Shown here piece after piece: positions 1-8,706 of a DNA stretch of 64,000 bases (its first letter is position 1; each line of letters begins with the position of its first letter). The DNA lies in assembly GCA_050011195.1 (NCBI GenBank), contig JBEKJO010000027.1:2385-66384 (forward strand), in the 5' to 3' direction. Below the pieces are notes generated by a model that saw only the letters and a program-made list of their open reading frames with translations, made no database searches and was not told the origin of the DNA. The stretch comes from Verrucomicrobiota bacterium. GTDB taxonomy: Bacteria > Verrucomicrobiota > Verrucomicrobiia > Limisphaerales > UBA8199. A program made the translations under genes and the position numbers.

Positions 1-244
1 AGGCGGCCGGGGCGTGGCGGATCAGGTGGTAAATGGAGTCTTTGAGTTTGGCTCGCCGCATCTTGAGCTCCTCGATTTCCTGATCGGTGGCGAAGTCAAT
101 TTCCTCTTCGATGCGGTAAATCTCATCGTCCAGCCGGTGATACTCGTCGAAGATATTCCGGAAATGGTCGTCAGAACCCTTGAGCCGCCGGATGATTTCA
201 CGATGCTCCGGAAACTCGCGCAGGATGGGATGATGAAGGTCCAT
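1..244 (-). CDS. DUF465 (YdcH-like) small protein; its 3' end runs off the window
   Basis: My own minus-strand translation from the ATG at 244-242 gives MDLHHPILREFPEHREIIRRLKGSDDHFRNIFDEYHRLDDEIYRIEEEIDFATDQEIEELKMRRAKLKDSIYHLI. This fits the DUF465 pattern (EFPE..I..LK..D.HF...EYH.LD.EI.RIE). It is absent from the ORF track because there is no stop inside the window. Confidence 0.7.
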   Translation of the reverse strand, partial: MDLHHPILREFPEHREIIRRLKGSDDHFRNIFDEYHRLDDEIYRIEEEIDFATDQEIEELKMRRAKLKDSIYHLIRHAPAA

Positions 245-544
245 GGGAGTGGTCTCCTGTTGTTCAGTTTCTTCGCCTGGTGTGTTTGTTGGGCATGACC
301 ACGAAGGCAGAGGAGCAGGCGGGCGAAAGGCCGTCCTTGTTCTGGAAGAGAGAGCCGGCCCTGTGGGCCGGTAGGTCCGCCGCTCTGCCGTTGGCATCGG
401 CTCGCAGGCAACCGGTTGTTTCGCGTCTCTGCAATTCCATTCGCGGTCCCGCCGCAGTTGGCGGCGTAGAATCATTTTATTCCAGATTCGGTCGCAGTAA
501 AGCCCTTCCTTCAATATTTGTTTCGGATGTCCTCCTCCGTAACG

Positions 545-2545
545 CTACGGAACGGCGTACTCGATGGCCACCAGGCAGACGTCATCGGCGAAGGCGCTGT
601 CGGCGGCAAAGCGCCGAATCTCCGCCAGAAGTTCGTCGAATAACTGCGGCGCCGGGAGTTGCGTGCGCTGCTGCACGCCGGCCACGAGCATTTCCTGCGA
701 GTAGAGTTCGTTATTGCGGTCCTGGACTTCGTAGAGGCCGTCGGTGAAGAGCATCACCAGGTCTTTGGGATCGAGCTTCACCTCCGAGGTTTGGTAGGTG
801 GCGTCCTCGAACAGACCCAGCACGGGCTGGCTTTTGCCTGCGGCATTGGCGAGCGGCTCGACCCGGCTGGCGCTGCGGCGGATCAGCAGCGGCTTGGGAT
901 GGCCGGCGTTGGCGTACCGCATCGTGCCCGACTTCGAGTCCGCCACCAGGTAGAAAGCCGTCGTCAGCATCGGTGTCCCGGTGTGCTTGAGGATGGCGTG
1001 GAGGTCGGAGTTAAGCTTGCTCAAGAACTGGCCGGGGTTGGTGGCGAGCGGTTTCAACTCTTCCGCCAGCGCGCGGATCATAGCCGTGACCAGCGCGGAG
1101 CGAACGCCGTGCCCGGCCACGTCACAGATAAACACAGCCGCTTCGTTTTCGGAGAGCGCTGAAACGGCGAAGAAGTCACCGCCCACAGTGCCGGCGGGAA
1201 GGTACCGGTGCGTGAATTGGAAGGCGCTCTCGGAGGGAGACGCCGCGCGCGGGAATGTCGGGTACTGCTGTGGCAGCATGGTGAGTTGAATCTCACGGGC
1301 CATCTTCAGGTCGTCTTCCATTTGCGCGTTCCGGGCGCGGAGTTCCTTCCGGCTTTGGGCCAGCAGGGCGTTGACCCGGCGAATCTTTTCATCCGCCAGC
1401 CGCTGCTGGGTGATGTCCCAGAAAATGCCTTGCAGCCCCATGATGGCGCCGTCAGCCGCATACAGCGGCGTCTTGACGACTTGCACGTAAATCTTTTCGC
1501 CGCCCGGCGGCTGATGTTCCTCGACCGTCTCAAAAGGCTTTCCCGTCTGCATCACCTGCCGGTCGTCGCGTTGGTACTTCTCAGCCAGCTCGCGCGGGAA
1601 GAAGTCGAAGTCCGTCTTGCCGACAATATCCTCCAGAGGCCGGCCCAGGATTTTGCAGAAGTGCTGATTGGCGAAGGTGAAACGTCCCTGGAGGTCCTTG
1701 CGCAGAATATTCTGGTGCAGCGTCTCGACCAGAGAATGGTAGAGTGCCTCCGAATTGCGCAAGTTCTCCTCGGCCTGCCGGCGCTGCGTGATGTCTTCAA
1801 CCGTGCCTTCGTAGTAAAGCAGCCGGCCCCGGGAATCGCGAATGGCGCGGCAGTTCTCCGAAATCCAGATCACCGAGCCGTCCTTGCGATAGATCGGGGA
1901 TTGGAAACCCGTTAGGGTGTCGTGTTCCTGCATCAGCCGGATGAACTCATCGCGCCGGCCTTCCTCGACGTAGAGGCGCCGGCCAATGTCGGTCAGGTCC
2001 TGGATCAGTTCTTCAGGGGACGAATAGCCATAAATCCGCGCCAGGGCGGCGTTGGCCATCAAGTAACGTCCCCCAGGCGTCGTCTGGAAAATGCCTTCCA
2101 CCAGGTGGTCGAAGACGCTGTGGTACTTCTCCTCGGCTTCCAACAGCGCCATGTCCATTCGGTGCCGCTCGATGGCATAGCGGATGGAGCGTTCCAGCCA
2201 GGCTGGGGTGAGCTGGCTCTTGACCAGGTAATCCTGCGCTCCCGCATGCACGGCTTCGAGGGCAACGATTTCATCGTCCGCATCACCGGCGGCGATGATG
2301 GGAAGCTGCGGCGCCTGGGCTTTGATCAGGAGAATGTTGGCCAACCCGGCCCCATCCGGCACACAGAGGTCGAGCAGCACCGCATCGAAGGTGTGGGCCT
2401 GCAGTTCCGACAAACCGGCCATCAGGCTTGCCGCCGACCGTATCTCCGCCGAGAGATCCCGGGCTTGGCCTATCATTTCGCCCACATAGCGGGCAAACCC
2501 GGGGTCATGCTCAATGAGCAGTACCTTTACTGGTTCCTGCGGCAT
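545..2545 (-). CDS. Response-regulator receiver, two PAS domains and a PP2C/SpoIIE-type phosphatase (RsbU-like)
   Basis: The N-terminus VKVLLIEHDP...DAVLLDLCVPDG is REC-like. The central part has PAS-like repeats, and the C-terminus (GGDFF...CDVAGHG...FTDGL...DD) is a PP2C/SpoIIE signature. Confidence 0.85.
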   Translation of the reverse strand: MPQEPVKVLLIEHDPGFARYVGEMIGQARDLSAEIRSAASLMAGLSELQAHTFDAVLLDLCVPDGAGLANILLIKAQAPQLPIIAAGDADDEIVALEAVHAGAQDYLVKSQLTPAWLERSIRYAIERHRMDMALLEAEEKYHSVFDHLVEGIFQTTPGGRYLMANAALARIYGYSSPEELIQDLTDIGRRLYVEEGRRDEFIRLMQEHDTLTGFQSPIYRKDGSVIWISENCRAIRDSRGRLLYYEGTVEDITQRRQAEENLRNSEALYHSLVETLHQNILRKDLQGRFTFANQHFCKILGRPLEDIVGKTDFDFFPRELAEKYQRDDRQVMQTGKPFETVEEHQPPGGEKIYVQVVKTPLYAADGAIMGLQGIFWDITQQRLADEKIRRVNALLAQSRKELRARNAQMEDDLKMAREIQLTMLPQQYPTFPRAASPSESAFQFTHRYLPAGTVGGDFFAVSALSENEAAVFICDVAGHGVRSALVTAMIRALAEELKPLATNPGQFLSKLNSDLHAILKHTGTPMLTTAFYLVADSKSGTMRYANAGHPKPLLIRRSASRVEPLANAAGKSQPVLGLFEDATYQTSEVKLDPKDLVMLFTDGLYEVQDRNNELYSQEMLVAGVQQRTQLPAPQLFDELLAEIRRFAADSAFADDVCLVAIEYAVP

Positions 2546-2642
2546 AAATGTTCATCCTGGTCTGACATCCACTCGCTGCTGCGCAGATCATAGAATCGCA
2601 GGATTAGGCGGTACTCGCAAGCCGTTTGGTTGTTGCGGCAAC

Positions 2643-2682
2643 GGAGTGATGGAGTGGTGGAGGGATGAGGTGATGGGCGGGG
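2643..2682. repeat. Octamer tandem array (GGAGTGAT-like units)
   Basis: The sequence reads ggagtgat ggagtggt ggagggat gaggtgat. It belongs to the same family as 4173, 24838 and 30431. Confidence 0.7.
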
Positions 2683-2706
2683 GCGCTTCGCACACAGGAC
2701 GCGGGG

Positions 2707-4962
2707 CTACTTCCTTTGTTCGGGGCTGGAATCGAGTGCGGCCAGGGCTTTCTGCGCCTCGGGATAATCCTGGCGCAGGCGCAACGCTTCCATGAATTGA
2801 GCTTTGGCCTCGGGCCGCCGCCCCTGCCGCAGCAGAGAGACCCCTAAGTTGAAATGGGTCTGGAAATCCTTCGGGTTGATCTCCAGCGCCTTCTGATAGT
2901 GAGGGATCGCCTCCTCCAGTTTATTCTGCGCCCCCAGCGCGTTGCCCAGGTTGCTCTGCGCTCCGGAATGGTCCGGCTTTAACCGAACCGCCTCTCGAAA
3001 CTGCCGCTCGGCCTCCGGGTATTTCCCCTGCATCGCGTAACAAATCCCCAGTCCGTTGCAGCTTTCCGCATGATTCGGATCGAGCCGCAATGCGGTCAGG
3101 TAATGCGCAATCGCTTCCTCCAGCTTGCCCGCCTCCGCCAGGTGATTCGCCAGATTATGCTCCGCGCTTTCATAATCCGGCTGCAATTGGAGCGCGGCGC
3201 GAAACTCAGCGATCGCCGCCTCAGCTTTTCCTTGCGCCTGCAAGGCCATCCCCAGGTTATGGTGGGCCTGGCTGGAATTCGGATTGAGCCGCAACGCCTG
3301 CTGGTAATTGGCGACCGCGTCGGCTGCTTTCCCCGCGTCCACCTGCGCATTGGCCAGATTGAAGTAATACAGGTATTCGGGCTTGAGCCGCACCGCTTCC
3401 GAATGGTGCGCGATGGCCTCCGCGAACCGTCCTTGACGCAGCAGCACGGTGCCGAGATTGTTGTGAGCCTCCGCGTAGTTCGGCTCGGCCTTAAGCGCGG
3501 CTTCATAATGCTGGACGGCCTCCGCCAGTTTGCCCTGCCGGCTATAGAGATTCCCGATATTGTAATGCGCCATGTAATTGCCCTCCACCGCCGTGATCAT
3601 CCGCTGGAAAAGGGTCTCGCTGTTCTTCCACCAGGCAATCTGCTTTCGCGTCAGGGCCATACATCCCGCCAGCACCACCGCGGTGGCGATCCCCAGCCCC
3701 GCCTTCGGCACCCGCCATGTGCCGGCCAGATCCCAAACGCCCCAGGCGACCGCGACGAAGATGCCGATCAGAGGAATATACGTATAGCGGTCCGCCATCG
3801 TCTGCATGCCCACCTGAACCAACCCAATGACCGGCACCAGCGTGCCCACATACCAAAACCAGCCGACTGCCAAATACGGACGGCTGCGAGCAAGCCGAAT
3901 CACCGCCACTGAGGCCGCCAGAAGAGCCATTGCCGCCAGGCCCACCTCCCATGCAGGCCAAGGCACCTTCCTCAAGTAGAGCGCCGCCAGATGTTCCGGC
4001 CAGAGCATCTTTCCGAGGTAACGGACATAGGACATCAAGGCGTTGGCCACCCGGGCGCCGATGGGGAGATTGTTTACATCCAGAACCGCTCCCCCGCTTT
4101 GCTGCACTTGGAAGGTGACGACGCACGAAGCCGCGCTGAGCAACAGGAACGGCACCTTCTCCAGGAGCAAGCGGAGTGATGGAGTGGTGGAGGGTTGGAG
4201 TGTTGGGAAGGAAAGGCGGCGCAGTGGCCAGAAATCGAGCAGCAACAACACGAACGGCACGGTCACCAACATCGGCTTGCTCATCAGGCCCAGCGCGAAC
4301 AGCAGCAGCGACAGGAGATAATAAAACGAAGATGGAGGATGGAGGATGGAGGATGGGGTTGGACCGACCGCATGTTGCGTGCTGCGGATTGTTGGATTCT
4401 GCATTCTGCATTCTGCATTCTTCCTTCCTCCTTCTGCCTTCTCCGCGTAACGCACATAAGCCCACAGGGTCAGCATGAAGAAGAACGTGCTCAGGACATC
4501 TTTCCGCTCGGCGACCCAGGCTACCGATTCGACATGCAGCGGATGGAGCGCAAACAGCGCCGCGACAACTCCGCTGCGCCACAGCGCGCCGGTCATTTTC
4601 CTAAGCAGGAGAAACAGCAAGAGGGTGTTGGCGATGTGGAAGAGCAGGCTCGTCAGGTGATGCCCCGCCGGCCTCATCCCATAGAGCTGGCAATCGAGTA
4701 TATGCGAAAGCATCGTGACCGGATGCCAATTGCGCGCGACGTCGCTGTGCCAGACCCAAGCCAGCCCCTTTGCGCTCAAGCCCGCCTGCACATAAGGATT
4801 CGCGGTGACGTAATCCGTGTCGTCGTAGTTGACGAATTCGTGCCCGGTCACCGGCCAATAAACCACCAGCGTGCTCAACGCCAGAAAGAGGCAGACGCAA
4901 AGCAAAGGCTTCCAAGACGGTTCTTGGCGGGGTGCTTCAACTGCGGCCATGACGGACGGCAC
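2707..4962 (-). CDS. Polytopic membrane protein with C-terminal TPR repeats (TMTC-like GT-C glycosyltransferase architecture)
   Basis: The N-terminal multi-TM region carries NYDDTDY and HPLHVESVAWV motifs typical of TMTC/DUF1736-like proteins. About ten TPR repeats follow (NLG..L...G....A...Y..AL...P). The ORF is intact but contains repeat-derived inserts. Confidence 0.75.
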   Translation of the reverse strand: MPSVMAAVEAPRQEPSWKPLLCVCLFLALSTLVVYWPVTGHEFVNYDDTDYVTANPYVQAGLSAKGLAWVWHSDVARNWHPVTMLSHILDCQLYGMRPAGHHLTSLLFHIANTLLLFLLLRKMTGALWRSGVVAALFALHPLHVESVAWVAERKDVLSTFFFMLTLWAYVRYAEKAEGGRKNAECRMQNPTIRSTQHAVGPTPSSILHPPSSFYYLLSLLLFALGLMSKPMLVTVPFVLLLLDFWPLRRLSFPTLQPSTTPSLRLLLEKVPFLLLSAASCVVTFQVQQSGGAVLDVNNLPIGARVANALMSYVRYLGKMLWPEHLAALYLRKVPWPAWEVGLAAMALLAASVAVIRLARSRPYLAVGWFWYVGTLVPVIGLVQVGMQTMADRYTYIPLIGIFVAVAWGVWDLAGTWRVPKAGLGIATAVVLAGCMALTRKQIAWWKNSETLFQRMITAVEGNYMAHYNIGNLYSRQGKLAEAVQHYEAALKAEPNYAEAHNNLGTVLLRQGRFAEAIAHHSEAVRLKPEYLYYFNLANAQVDAGKAADAVANYQQALRLNPNSSQAHHNLGMALQAQGKAEAAIAEFRAALQLQPDYESAEHNLANHLAEAGKLEEAIAHYLTALRLDPNHAESCNGLGICYAMQGKYPEAERQFREAVRLKPDHSGAQSNLGNALGAQNKLEEAIPHYQKALEINPKDFQTHFNLGVSLLRQGRRPEAKAQFMEALRLRQDYPEAQKALAALDSSPEQRK
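4173..4212. repeat. Octamer tandem array embedded in the CDS 2707-4962
   Basis: The sequence reads ggagtgat ggagtggt ggagggtt ggagtgtt. On the minus strand it is translated as ...FPTLQPSTTPSLRLL... Confidence 0.7.
4331..4444. repeat. Heptamer tandem arrays embedded in the CDS 2707-4962
   Basis: There are about four ggatgga units and then gcattct x3, followed by tccttcc/tccttct/gccttct units. The reverse complement matches the intergenic array at 8706-8746 (aaggcagaagg.ggaatgcagaatgcagaa). Confidence 0.7.
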
Positions 4963-5158
4963 TCTAGCCGGCTGCGCCTCAAACCCTCAAGCTGTTTCAG
5001 GGTCGTGAGAAACCCGGCGGCGCGTCCGAACAGTCAGACCTCCGCCCCGGCCCCGCCGCCGGCTCGCCAACCTGACGCCTTTGCCATTTCCACCGGCGGC
5101 TCTCGACTCGCGGCAAACAAGAATAGACAACGGGCAGACCAGCGAATATCCTGGCCAC

Positions 5159-5686
5159 ATGAAGATGATAAATTTCGCTCCGCTTGTAAAAGAGTCCAAT
5201 AAGCTCACCGATGACATCTTCGTCATCTACGACGAGCTAAAAAAGCACGACGCTGTGCTCTCGCGGCGTTTGATGGTCACGCAGGTCTTCGTTCAGATGG
5301 AGGCTCTTTCGAGCCTAGTTCGGAGCGTGATCAATGACTACTACGACAGCGGTAAGGGTGACGTCACAGAGCTGGACCGCGCTGATACCATCGTGATGCA
5401 CGGTGATGACTATCGAATTGACGATGACGGCAAGGTCACCTTGTCAAAGAAGAAGATCCGAACCCTGGCTCACGTCATGTATACCCTAAATTTCGCGGCT
5501 AGAATTCAAAAGAAGGTGTTCGATGCAAAGAAGGAAACGCATTGGCAGGACGTGGAACCCGCGATCAAGATTCGTAATCGCGTGACTCATCCGAAAAGTG
5601 TGAAAGACTTAGACGTCACCGAGAAAGAATTAGCCCTCGCGATGAACGCCATGCGTTGGTTCATATCGTGCTTGGCCAAGTTATGA
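5159..5686 (+). CDS. Hypothetical protein with a HEPN-like Rx4H motif
   Basis: The ATG at 5159 is where G+C drops. The 175-aa protein looks helical. The motif IKIRNRVTHP (R138-x4-H143) lies just before a terminal amphipathic helix, as in HEPN domains. The stop overlaps the next gene's start (ATGA at 5683-5686). Confidence 0.55.
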   Translation: MKMINFAPLVKESNKLTDDIFVIYDELKKHDAVLSRRLMVTQVFVQMEALSSLVRSVINDYYDSGKGDVTELDRADTIVMHGDDYRIDDDGKVTLSKKKIRTLAHVMYTLNFAARIQKKVFDAKKETHWQDVEPAIKIRNRVTHPKSVKDLDVTEKELALAMNAMRWFISCLAKL

Positions 5687-6294
5687 CTGAAGTGAAGAAA
5701 CAGGCCAACCAGTCGCTAGAGCCAACGCGAGGGGCAATCATGGCTCCTGCTGGCGCACGAGTCACGTCGGCCTCTCGTAACGCCTGCAGCGTCAATGGAA
5801 GGGACTGCGCATCAAAACCAATGACCTTCTTCAGCCGCCTTTCACCCGAGGAGATCGCCAATTATGACCCAATTCAGTTAGGGACAGGAGGCTTCTGTTT
5901 CCTGGTCGCTGAGTTGTTGATGGCGAAGCATCCACAGGCGGAACTCTGGCGGCTGACGAACCGAGAGGGCAAGACATACCCTCATGTGTTTGTGCGCATA
6001 GATGGAATGCCGTGTGACATCAACGGGTTTAGAAGCGTTGACGCGATGCGTTCCGATTGGGGCGACAATAGTCTGGTCGAGCAAATCGCTGATGCCCAAG
6101 CAATCAGGGATTTCTTTTATCCCAAGTATTCCCCTGAACAGTTGGCCGCAGCGAGATGCAGGTTAGCGCCGTTTGTGGGTGAATTGGTGGTTGCTTTTCG
6201 AGCGGGCCGGTTCAACCTCGACAACCAGCAGCCGACAACAAACGCCTCTGTGAAGCCAAAGGCTTGCAAAATGAGGGGCTTGCCAGCCGACTGA
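5683..6294 (+). CDS. Hypothetical protein, possibly a papain/transglutaminase-like Cys-His-Asp fold
   Basis: Its start is coupled to the upstream stop (ATGA). The motifs GTGGFCFLVAELL ... YPHVFVRIDGMPCDING resemble C...H...D triad spacing. I recognise no family. Confidence 0.55.
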   Translation: MTEVKKQANQSLEPTRGAIMAPAGARVTSASRNACSVNGRDCASKPMTFFSRLSPEEIANYDPIQLGTGGFCFLVAELLMAKHPQAELWRLTNREGKTYPHVFVRIDGMPCDINGFRSVDAMRSDWGDNSLVEQIADAQAIRDFFYPKYSPEQLAAARCRLAPFVGELVVAFRAGRFNLDNQQPTTNASVKPKACKMRGLPAD

Positions 6295-6333
6295 AACCAA
6301 ATAATCTGCCAACATGAAGGCGAATCGTTTGGG

Positions 6334-8406
6334 ATGGTCCCGGCTCTTTTGCTTATGAGTGCTGTTTTTCAGTCACCCGACCAGAAAAGCGGAGCGGATC
6401 GCGATTGGCTGGCTGGTCTCCGCGTCGATGCGGAAAAGGGCGATGCCGTTGCCCAGTTCACTCTGGGCGTAGTCTACGGCGATGGCGTAGGCGTGGCGAA
6501 GGATGAGGCGGAGGCGGTGAAGTGGTATCGTAGGGCCGCCGAGCAGAATCACGCTCTGGCTCGGAACAATCTGGGAGCTTGCTACCACAATGGCCAAGGC
6601 GTGGCGAAGGATTATCTGGAAGCGGTGAAGTGGTATCGCAAAGCCGCCGAGCAGAATCTCGCGCTTGGTCAATGTAACCTGGGCGTGTGCTACGGCAACG
6701 GCTACGGCGTGGCGAAGGATGAGGTGGAGGCGGTGAAGTGGTTCCGCAAAGCCGCCGAGCAGAATCTCGCGCTTGCTCAATATAATCTGGGCGTTTGCTA
6801 CGAGCGCGGCCAAGGCGTGGCCAAGAACGAGGTTGAGGCGGCGAAGTGGTACGCCAAAGCCGCTGAGCAGAATGACGCCGGTGGGCAATACAATCTAGGG
6901 CATTGCTACTACAAAGGCGAAGGCCTGCTGAAGGATGAGGCGGAGGCGGTGAAGTGGTGGCGCAAAGCCGCCGAGCAGAATCACTCGCTGGCTCAATGCT
7001 GGCTGGGCGTCTGCCATGCGCGTGGCCAAGGCGTAGTGAAGGATGAGGTGGAAGCGGTGAAGTGGTATCGCAAAGCCGCCGAGCAGAATATCGCCGCTGC
7101 TCAATGCTATCTCGGCTGGTGCTACACGGAGGGCCGAGGCGTAACGAAAGATAAGGTGGAGGCGGTGAAGTGGTATCGCAAAGCCGCCGGGCAGGATGAC
7201 GCCGATGCGCAATTCAATCTGGGCGTCTGTTACGAGAATGGCCAAGGCGTGGCCAAGGATACGGTAAAGGCGGTGAAGTGGTATCGCAAGGCCGCAGCCC
7301 AGGATCACGCCGATGCTCAATTCAATCTGGGCGTCTGTTACAAGAACGGCCAAGGCGTGGCAAAGGACGAGACGGAGGCGGTGAAGTGGTATCGTAAAGC
7401 CGCCGAGCAGAATGACCCTGATGCACAATACAATTTGGGCCTCTGCTATGCCAAAGGCCAAGGCGTGACCAGGGATACGGTGGAGGCAGTGAAGTGGTAT
7501 CGCCGGGCCGCCGCGCAGAATCACCCTCAGGCCCAATACAGCCTGCAGGGCGGCAGTGCTCCTTCAAGCCAACAAGAGCTGTCAAGGCTTGACGGCTTGG
7601 TGAGCCGCCTTAACAGTTTAATTGGACTTTCCAAGGTGAAGGAAGACGCCGCCCGACTCATTAACCTGGTCAAGGTCAGACGGATACGCCAGCAGAAAGG
7701 CATGAGGGTGACTCCCATGTCGCTACACTTGGTCTTTACCGGAAACCCGGGAACTGGCAAGACCACGGTAGCTCGTCTCCTGGGCGAGATTTACCATGAA
7801 ATTGGTATCCTGTCGAAAGGGCATCTCACTGAGACCGACCGGAGTGGGCTCGTGGCCGGTTACCTGGGGCAGACGGCGATCAAAGTGAGTGAGGTTGTCC
7901 AAGGAGCATTGGGGGGCATCCTCTTTATTGACGAGGCGTACTCGCTGGCACAGGAAGCACAGCGAGACCAATTCGGCAGAGAGGCGATTGATACCCTCAT
8001 AAAGCGAATGGAAGATCACCGCGACGATTTGATCGTCATCGTGGCGGGATACACGGAACCGATGAAAGCTTTTCTCGAATCAAATCCCGGACTTCGCTCC
8101 AGGTTTAACAAATTCCTACACTTCGATGATTATTCCCCACAGGAGCTTTTCCAGATCTTTACCAAGTATTGTGAGGACGAGGGCTACGCCTTCGCCAATA
8201 CTTCTGCTGGCAAAATTAAGGCCCTCATAAACCTGGCGCGCGAGAGGCGTGCCGCGAACTTCGGCAATGCCAGGACCATTCGAAATCTGTTTGAACAGAC
8301 GATCTCTAACCACGCAAACCGTGTCGCAAGTATTACAAACCCATCACAAAGCGACTTGACCACCATTTTGCCCCAAGATGTTCCAACCGTTGCCGCCACA
8401 AGATAA
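6334..8406 (+). CDS. Sel1-repeat (about 10 copies) protein fused to a CbbX/SpoVK-type AAA+ ATPase
   Basis: Ten 36-aa units of the form A..NLG.CY..G.GV.KD..EAVKWYRKAAEQ are present. The C-terminal part has Walker A GNPGTGKT, Walker B ILFIDEAY, and NPGLRSRF. Confidence 0.9.
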   Translation: MVPALLLMSAVFQSPDQKSGADRDWLAGLRVDAEKGDAVAQFTLGVVYGDGVGVAKDEAEAVKWYRRAAEQNHALARNNLGACYHNGQGVAKDYLEAVKWYRKAAEQNLALGQCNLGVCYGNGYGVAKDEVEAVKWFRKAAEQNLALAQYNLGVCYERGQGVAKNEVEAAKWYAKAAEQNDAGGQYNLGHCYYKGEGLLKDEAEAVKWWRKAAEQNHSLAQCWLGVCHARGQGVVKDEVEAVKWYRKAAEQNIAAAQCYLGWCYTEGRGVTKDKVEAVKWYRKAAGQDDADAQFNLGVCYENGQGVAKDTVKAVKWYRKAAAQDHADAQFNLGVCYKNGQGVAKDETEAVKWYRKAAEQNDPDAQYNLGLCYAKGQGVTRDTVEAVKWYRRAAAQNHPQAQYSLQGGSAPSSQQELSRLDGLVSRLNSLIGLSKVKEDAARLINLVKVRRIRQQKGMRVTPMSLHLVFTGNPGTGKTTVARLLGEIYHEIGILSKGHLTETDRSGLVAGYLGQTAIKVSEVVQGALGGILFIDEAYSLAQEAQRDQFGREAIDTLIKRMEDHRDDLIVIVAGYTEPMKAFLESNPGLRSRFNKFLHFDDYSPQELFQIFTKYCEDEGYAFANTSAGKIKALINLARERRAANFGNARTIRNLFEQTISNHANRVASITNPSQSDLTTILPQDVPTVAATR

Positions 8407-8439
8407 GAAATGTCATGCTGGGATGTTCGATGACGCTAA

Positions 8440-8706
8440 CCGATTCGCCGTTGCCCTCTGGCGGACGAGCGCGGCAACGTGGTCGGCGTGGTAGCCGCCA
8501 AGCTCAATGTGGCGGCAGCCGTGGCGACCAGCGGGGCGCTGCCCGAGAACGTGAACTACGCCGTCAAGAGCAGCCTCCTGCTCAGCTTCCTCGAATCCGT
8601 GCCGGAAGTGGCGGCCAAGCTCAAGGAGCCAGGCGCCCAAGACCGCAAGTTTGAGGACGTGGTGAAATCCGCCGAGCAAGCCGCCGTGCTGGTGTTGGTG
8701 TATTGA
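8440..8706 (+). pseudogene. 3' remnant of a trypsin-like (S1) serine protease gene
   Basis: The frame opens just after a stop at 8437-8439. Its translation, ..CPLADERGNVVGVVAAKLN...LPENVNYAVKSSLLLSFLESV.., corresponds to the C-terminal third of S1 proteases. The catalytic His, Asp and Ser regions are missing. Confidence 0.55.
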
